Shown here: positions 58,056 to 64,000 of the stretch, in pieces
Position numbering within the stretch: the first letter of the stretch is position 1
How the letters are laid out: each line of letters begins with the position of its first letter
The notes under the pieces: generated by a model
Databases searched by the model: none
What the model saw: the letters and a program-made list of their open reading frames with translations, nothing else
Told to the model about the DNA's origin: nothing
Made by a program: the position numbers and the translations under genes
Assembly: GCA_951406725.2 (NCBI GenBank)
Contig: OX597837.1
Span: 43,276,001-43,340,000 of the forward strand
Length of the DNA: 64,000 bases
Reading direction: 5' to 3'
Source of the DNA: Octopus vulgaris
Lineage: Eukaryota

Positions 58056-58433
58056 TTAAGGCGGCGAGCTGGCAGAAACGTTAGCATGCCGGGCGAAATG
58101 CGTAGCTGTATTTCGTCTGCCGTTACGTTCTGAGTTCAAATTCCGCCGAGGTCGACTTTGCCTTTCATCCTTTCGGGGTTGATTAAATAAGTACCAGTTA
58201 TGCACTGGGGTCGATATAATCGACTTAATCCGTCTGTCTGTCTTTGTTTGTCTCCTCTGTGTTTACCCCCTAGTAGGTAGTAAAAAAATAGGTATTACTT
58301 ATTTAATCGACCCCGAAAGGATGAAAGGCAAAGTCGACCTCAGCGGAATTTGAACTCAGAATATAGCGGCAGACGAAATACGTCTACGCATTTCGCCCAG
58401 CGTGCTAACGATTCTGCCAGGTCGCCGCCTTAA
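58056..58433. mobile_element. Inverted (tail-to-tail) pair of SINE type 1
   Basis: 58056-58193 is inverted to 58296-58433. Outer ends are ttaaggcggcga and tcgccgccttaa. Confidence 0.85.
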
Positions 58434-58574
58434 TATAGGAACAATAATAGATGAAGCAAGGGGCTAGGATGTTGGGTGGGCGGATAGGTATGAAGATATG
58501 TAGATATGTTGGTGAGTAGAGAGAGCGTTAGGTTGGTGGGTAGGTAGGTGGATGTGTAATCAGGTAGGTATTAT

Positions 58575-58945
58575 TTTATTCTTTTACCTGTTTCATTCAT
58601 TTGACTGTGGTCATGCTGGAGCACCGCCTTAAAAGGATTTCTAGTCAATGAAATCGACCCTAGGATTAATTCTTTGTAAGTATAGTATTTATTCTACCGG
58701 TCTCTTCTGCTGAACCTCTAAGTTACAGGGACGTAAGCACACCAACATCGGTTGTTAAGCGATGGTGTTGAGGGGCAAGCACAGACACTCATAAATATAT
58801 ACATATATATGCGACGGGCTTCTTTCAGTTTCCGTTTACTAAATCCACTCACAAAGCTTTGGTTTGCCCGAGGCTACAGTAAGAGACACTTGCTCAAAGT
58901 GCGACGCAGTGGGACTGAACCCGGAACCATATGGCTGGGAAGCAT
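58575..58945 (-). mobile_element. SINE type 2 (OR1-like)
   Basis: Reverse complement of the type 2 sequence. Confidence 0.8.
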
Positions 58946-60719
58946 GTATGTATGTATGTATGTATGTATGTATGTATGTATGTATGTATGTATGTATGTA
59001 TGTAGGTAGGTAGGTAGGTAGGTAGGTAGGTAGGTATACAGACATCGGGGTAGATTTCTAGGTCGTTAAGTAGATTGGTAGATGAGTGGGTGGGTCGTCA
59101 GGAGAGGAGAGAAGAGATGTATGATGAGCAGAAATGTCGAACATGTTGCAAAAGGGAATATATAGCAGTTACCGAGATTGTATGTGTGTATGTGTGTATG
59201 TGTGTATGTGCGTGTATTCACATGTGTGCGTACGTGTGTGCTAGATAGCACGGGTGTACGTGAGCAGAAAACATCTATATCCGTGTCCGCATGTGTAGGA
59301 ATGCGGCGTAATGTGAGCGTGTATGAGACTGTATGGGCCAGGAATGGATGGGGGAAGAATTCAGAGAAAATATAAATGGTTGTTGTGGTCTTTTTACTAC
59401 GATATTTCCCATAAAAGGGTCTTCATATCATAAATCATAATGGCGTATTTTATTTTTAATCTTCTTGTTTTTAATTTTAGCGGGTTAGTCGAACACCATG
59501 AACTGAAAGCTCATTGTATGAACTTCAGAAGCTTATTGATCTAGATCAGAAACAACAAAATTACATGATCTTGTTCAGGCATGTGTTTCTCACAATCTAT
59601 GTACAATAGAATTATATGTTGTTGTCTCTTTTTTTTTTTTTTACCGAAGTTAAAAGTTAAAATGAAAATAAGAAAAAAAAAAAACAACACAAACTCGTTC
59701 TCGCGATATTAAGATGTTTGAGAGAAAGTTTGCATCGTGTTGTGTAAACGTAAACCAAATATATAATTAAATTAAAACTTATCTAAATATATTATAGATA
59801 TATAATTGAATTTTTGCCTGAGATTTTCCACAACTGGTGTCTTTTTAGATGCAAACACGAAAAATAAAGTCAAAAGATGAAGAAATGATAAAACTACAGA
59901 ATGAATACAGAAAGAGGAATTGTAGATGTCGACTTGCGATATACGTCATACACTACCTGCGAATGGTAATTAAGCGGATATACGCCATACTTAAACATAT
60001 ACATCGAATAGATAACGACAAAAGCGACACACATCCTTATAGATAACACACGAAATGACACAACCAATATATATATATAATGGCACGATCGACAAAAAAC
60101 GTACGAAAAAGGTAAATAAAAATAATTAAAGCTACATAACTATTCCGAAATTAAATGTTGAAAGTATATCGATTTATTTTGAATAGATTCAAAGCTGATA
60201 TTTCTGTTTGTGGGGTGTTCTATAATGGAGTAAATAGACTACAATGTCATCCATATATTTAGCTCATTGATTTAGCTAGGATGAAAGACTCTGTGATAGA
60301 GAGACCTGAACAACATTCGCTCTCAGACGTTAGAGATAGAAAAGTAAATACTTCAAAGCTCTACTGCTTCTGTCAATTTACCGTCATCAACTATTGAAAA
60401 TAGATCGATTTCTTATATTCACACAAGGCCGTGAGTTGAGAGGGGTGGTGCACAGTTCATTTTATAGTCTTTTTATTGTCTTTTCTGAGACAGTAAGATT
60501 TGAACAGAAAACGTAAATGGACATAACTAAATACCGGCGCTCAGCTAAATAGTACGAAAAATATGAACAAAGAAGGTGCGTGGACTAGTAGTTAGGGTAC
60601 TGAGCTCACTATTATAAAGTCATGGGTTCGATTCCAGGACAAGGGGCTATGTTATGTCTTTCAGCCAGGCTCTTCATTTCACCCTACACCAGTGTACTCG
60701 CTTATATTGATCATATTGG

Positions 60720-61140
60720 AAGGCGGCGAGCTGGTAGAATCGTTAGCACGCCGGCGCGAAATACTTAGCAGTATTTCGTCTGCCGCTACGTTCTGAGTTC
60801 AAATTCCGCCGAGGTTGACTTTGCCTTTCATCCTTTCGGGGTCGATTAAATAAGTACCAGTTACGCACTGGGGTCGATATAATCGACTTAATCCGTTTGT
60901 CTGTCGTTGTTTGTCCCCTCTATGTTTAGCCCCCTGTGGGTAATAAAGAAATAGGTATTGCGTCTGTCTTTACGTTCTGAGTTCAAATTCCGCCGAGGTC
61001 GACTTTGTCTTTCATCCTTTCGGCGTCGATTAGATAAGTACCAGTTATGCACTGGGATCGATATAATCGACTTAATCCGTTTGTCTGTCCTTGTTTGCCC
61101 TCTCTGTGTTTAGCCCCTTGTGGGGTAGTAAAGAAATTTA
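60720..61140 (+). mobile_element. SINE type 1 head-to-tail dimer
   Basis: A full unit plus a headless unit, joined at aaagaaatagg|tattgcgtc. Confidence 0.85.
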
Positions 61141-61367
61141 TATTGATCATATTCTGAGTACTGGTGCAGCCTCCTTTCTCTTTGACCGCCATACCACGGC
61201 TGTTTCAATGGGGTCAAGTGTGGAAGGGCTGAGAGGCTATCTATCTCGCCTGGCGATACGTAGGAACTTAAAACAATTACCGAAAACATGATACATGCTT
61301 TCAAGTCATGCTCGCTTGCAAGTGACGGCTGTGTGACATTTTTTCATTCATTTTCTTTTATGTCTTA

Positions 61368-61580
61368 AGGCGGTGAGCTGGCAGAAACGTTAGCACGCGA
61401 AATGCTTAACGGTATTTCGTCTGTCGTTACATTCTGAGTTCAAATTCCACCGAGGTCGACTTTACTTTTCATCCTTTCGGGGTCAATAAATTAAGCACCA
61501 GTTGTGTACTGGGTCGATCTAATCGTCTAACTCCCATTTCCCCCAAATTCGGGCCTTGTGCCTAGAGTAGAAAAGATTAT
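61368..61580 (+). mobile_element. SINE type 1 with the alternative tail
   Basis: Head aggcggtgagctggcag and tail ttcgggccttgtgcctagagtagaaaagatt. Confidence 0.8.
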
Positions 61581-61868
61581 CTTTTATGTCTTGCTTGTTT
61601 CATTTATTAGACTGCGGTCATGCTGCAGCGCGGCCTTGATGAATTTTACTCGAGCAATTCCACCCCTGTACTTTTTTAAAAGCCTGGTACTTGTTTTATC
61701 ATTCTCTTTTGCCGAATCATCAAGTTACAGATATGTAAACACACCAACACTTGTTGTCAAGCGGTGGTAGGGGACAGACAGAATGATACAATGACCATAT
61801 ACGTAATATATATATATATATATTGAGTACCTTATTTACTGTGGTTAACCCCGAATCAACCCGGGACC

Positions 61869-61917
<49 letters not shown>

Positions 61918-61984
61918 GTATGTATTTATATATATACACATACATACATATATAAATGTATACATATATAATACATACATATGT

Positions 61985-62018
<34 letters not shown>

Positions 62019-62680
62019 GTATATATATATATAACACTGGATAACACTGGTGGCGTGGAGAGGGGAGGCCGGTATGCATGGGCGACTGCTGGTCTTCCAT
62101 AAAAACCACCTTGCCCAGACTTGTAACTAGGAGGGTAACTTTCTAGGTGCAATCCCATGGTCAGTGTCGTGACCGAAGGGGTTCCCCCCACCCGATATAT
62201 GTATATATATGCATAAATTTGGATAAGATCGTTCGACAAAGATCCTTTAAGGTGGTGCTTCAGCATGGATGCTGGAAAATGACTGAAAGATATAAAAGAA
62301 AGAAGAATTCACGAATAAAGTTTAGCAAGAAAATCTTAGCTCAAAGGGCCATGTGGACGTCCGACGGCCATACGGACGTCCGACGGCCATACGGACCCGG
62401 TTCAGAAATACTTTTCTAAATCCTCTATTACACAATGATAGGATGGTCACGGATCAAAGTTCTTTGAATATAGGTGACCTCAATCAGGGAGAGACAGCGT
62501 TAAACAATATCAACATCTAACAACGCGCAACGACGAAACTGTTCAGGAGATTGAGTAACTGTGTACCAGTAATTCCTGAAGGGCTGGTCAATAATGAACA
62601 TCCAGCCCGAGCACTTCTTTCTCCAAAGAATCTTTACTAAGGAAATGCAGATGGCGGAATAATAGTAGTAGTTGTAGTAA

Positions 62681-62727
<47 letters not shown>

Positions 62728-62814
62728 AGTAGTAGTAGTAGTAACATCAGTAGTAGTTTTAGTAGTGGTGGTGGTTGTTGCAGCAGCAACAACAAAAACA
62801 GCAACAGCAGTAGT

Positions 62815-62863
<49 letters not shown>

Positions 62864-63167
62864 AGAAGGTACCAACACCTATCAGCTTTGGCCTGGTGGT
62901 AGTGATAGTGGGAGTGGCAACAATAGTTGATTGGTAGTGGGAGGTTTTGGAGTGAAAACGGCAGGGGAGGGCGACTGTGGGTAGGAGGTGATAGGGGAAG
63001 GAATAACAGCGTTACTGAGAGAGGTTGAGTGGTAGTAGAGTCGAGCGTAGAAGTAGTTATGGTTGCGGATAAAGTTATCAAAGGGAAACAAAGATGCATT
63101 TTGTTTAAAAAATGACGGGAGATATTACTCAAACACACTCACAAACGCACACGCACACACACACAGA

Positions 63168-63201
<34 letters not shown>

Positions 63202-63231
63202 AACACACGCACACACACATGCACGAATGCA

Positions 63232-63266
<35 letters not shown>

Positions 63267-63581
63267 ACAGGTGTACATGAATGCCCTCGTATGCAGATAC
63301 GTACATATATATATATACATACATATATATATACATACACACACACACATATATATATATATATACATGCATATACACACATACTCACACACACACACAA
63401 ACACACACACACATATATATATTTATATACGCACACATATGCACACACTCATAGTTATATATCCATATACAGATAAAGTATATATGATATATAAAACTCG
63501 ATAAAAATATATCCACTTGTTTTCTGTATGTATATATGTATATAAGTATATATGTGTAGGTGTGTATGAGTGTTGTGAGTG

Positions 63582-63630
<49 letters not shown>

Positions 63631-63741
63631 GTGTATATGTGAGTGTACTGGTGTGTGTGTGTATGTAAGCATGTCTATATATTATATATATACAGTTATA
63701 TATGTATATACAAAAAATGTGAAGAATCAAGATAACTGTAA

Positions 63742-63780
<39 letters not shown>

Positions 63781-63862
63781 CAGCAGCAGCATTATTAGTA
63801 GTAATAGTAGTAGCTGTGGTAGTAGTAGCAGTAACAGTAGTAGTAGTGGAAACAACAACGAC

Positions 63863-63901
<39 letters not shown>

Positions 63902-63966
63902 ACTACTACTACTACTACTACTACTAATAATAATAATAATAAAAAATAAATAATAAATAATAAATA

Positions 63967-63997
<31 letters not shown>

Positions 63998-64000
63998 TAA

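Noticed and set aside
62346-62397. 19-bp tandem repeat ggccatacggacgtccgac (about 2.7 copies)
   Set aside because: It is a short local duplication with no spacers, so it is not a CRISPR array.

Overview
An AT-rich eukaryotic window saturated with microsatellites, with no supportable host protein-coding gene. The ORF track is almost entirely translated simple repeats. The SINE families and repeat density look like an Octopus (cephalopod) genome; this is inference from recalled repeat families, not a database hit. Contents: many tRNA-derived SINEs of three types, including head-to-tail multimers and a fold-back pair; 3' fragments of L1/Tx1-, CRE- and RTE-clade LINEs; two non-autonomous Helitrons; a MITE with an 8-bp TSD; a solo tRNA-Trp(CCA) with a damaged acceptor stem; and an orphan 5.8S rRNA copy. 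The main signal is a set of at least five unrelated short elements that end in (TA)n, often fold back at their 5' end, and carry minimal type-I hammerhead ribozyme motifs about 100-170 nt from their 3' end, like the terminal repeats of Penelope-like retroelements. Their cores show the tertiary 3-8 pair in three states (C3-G8, U3-A8, G3-C8), and one four-copy family lacks the conserved A6. One SINE's 3' tail also matches the 3' end of the Tx1-like LINE.
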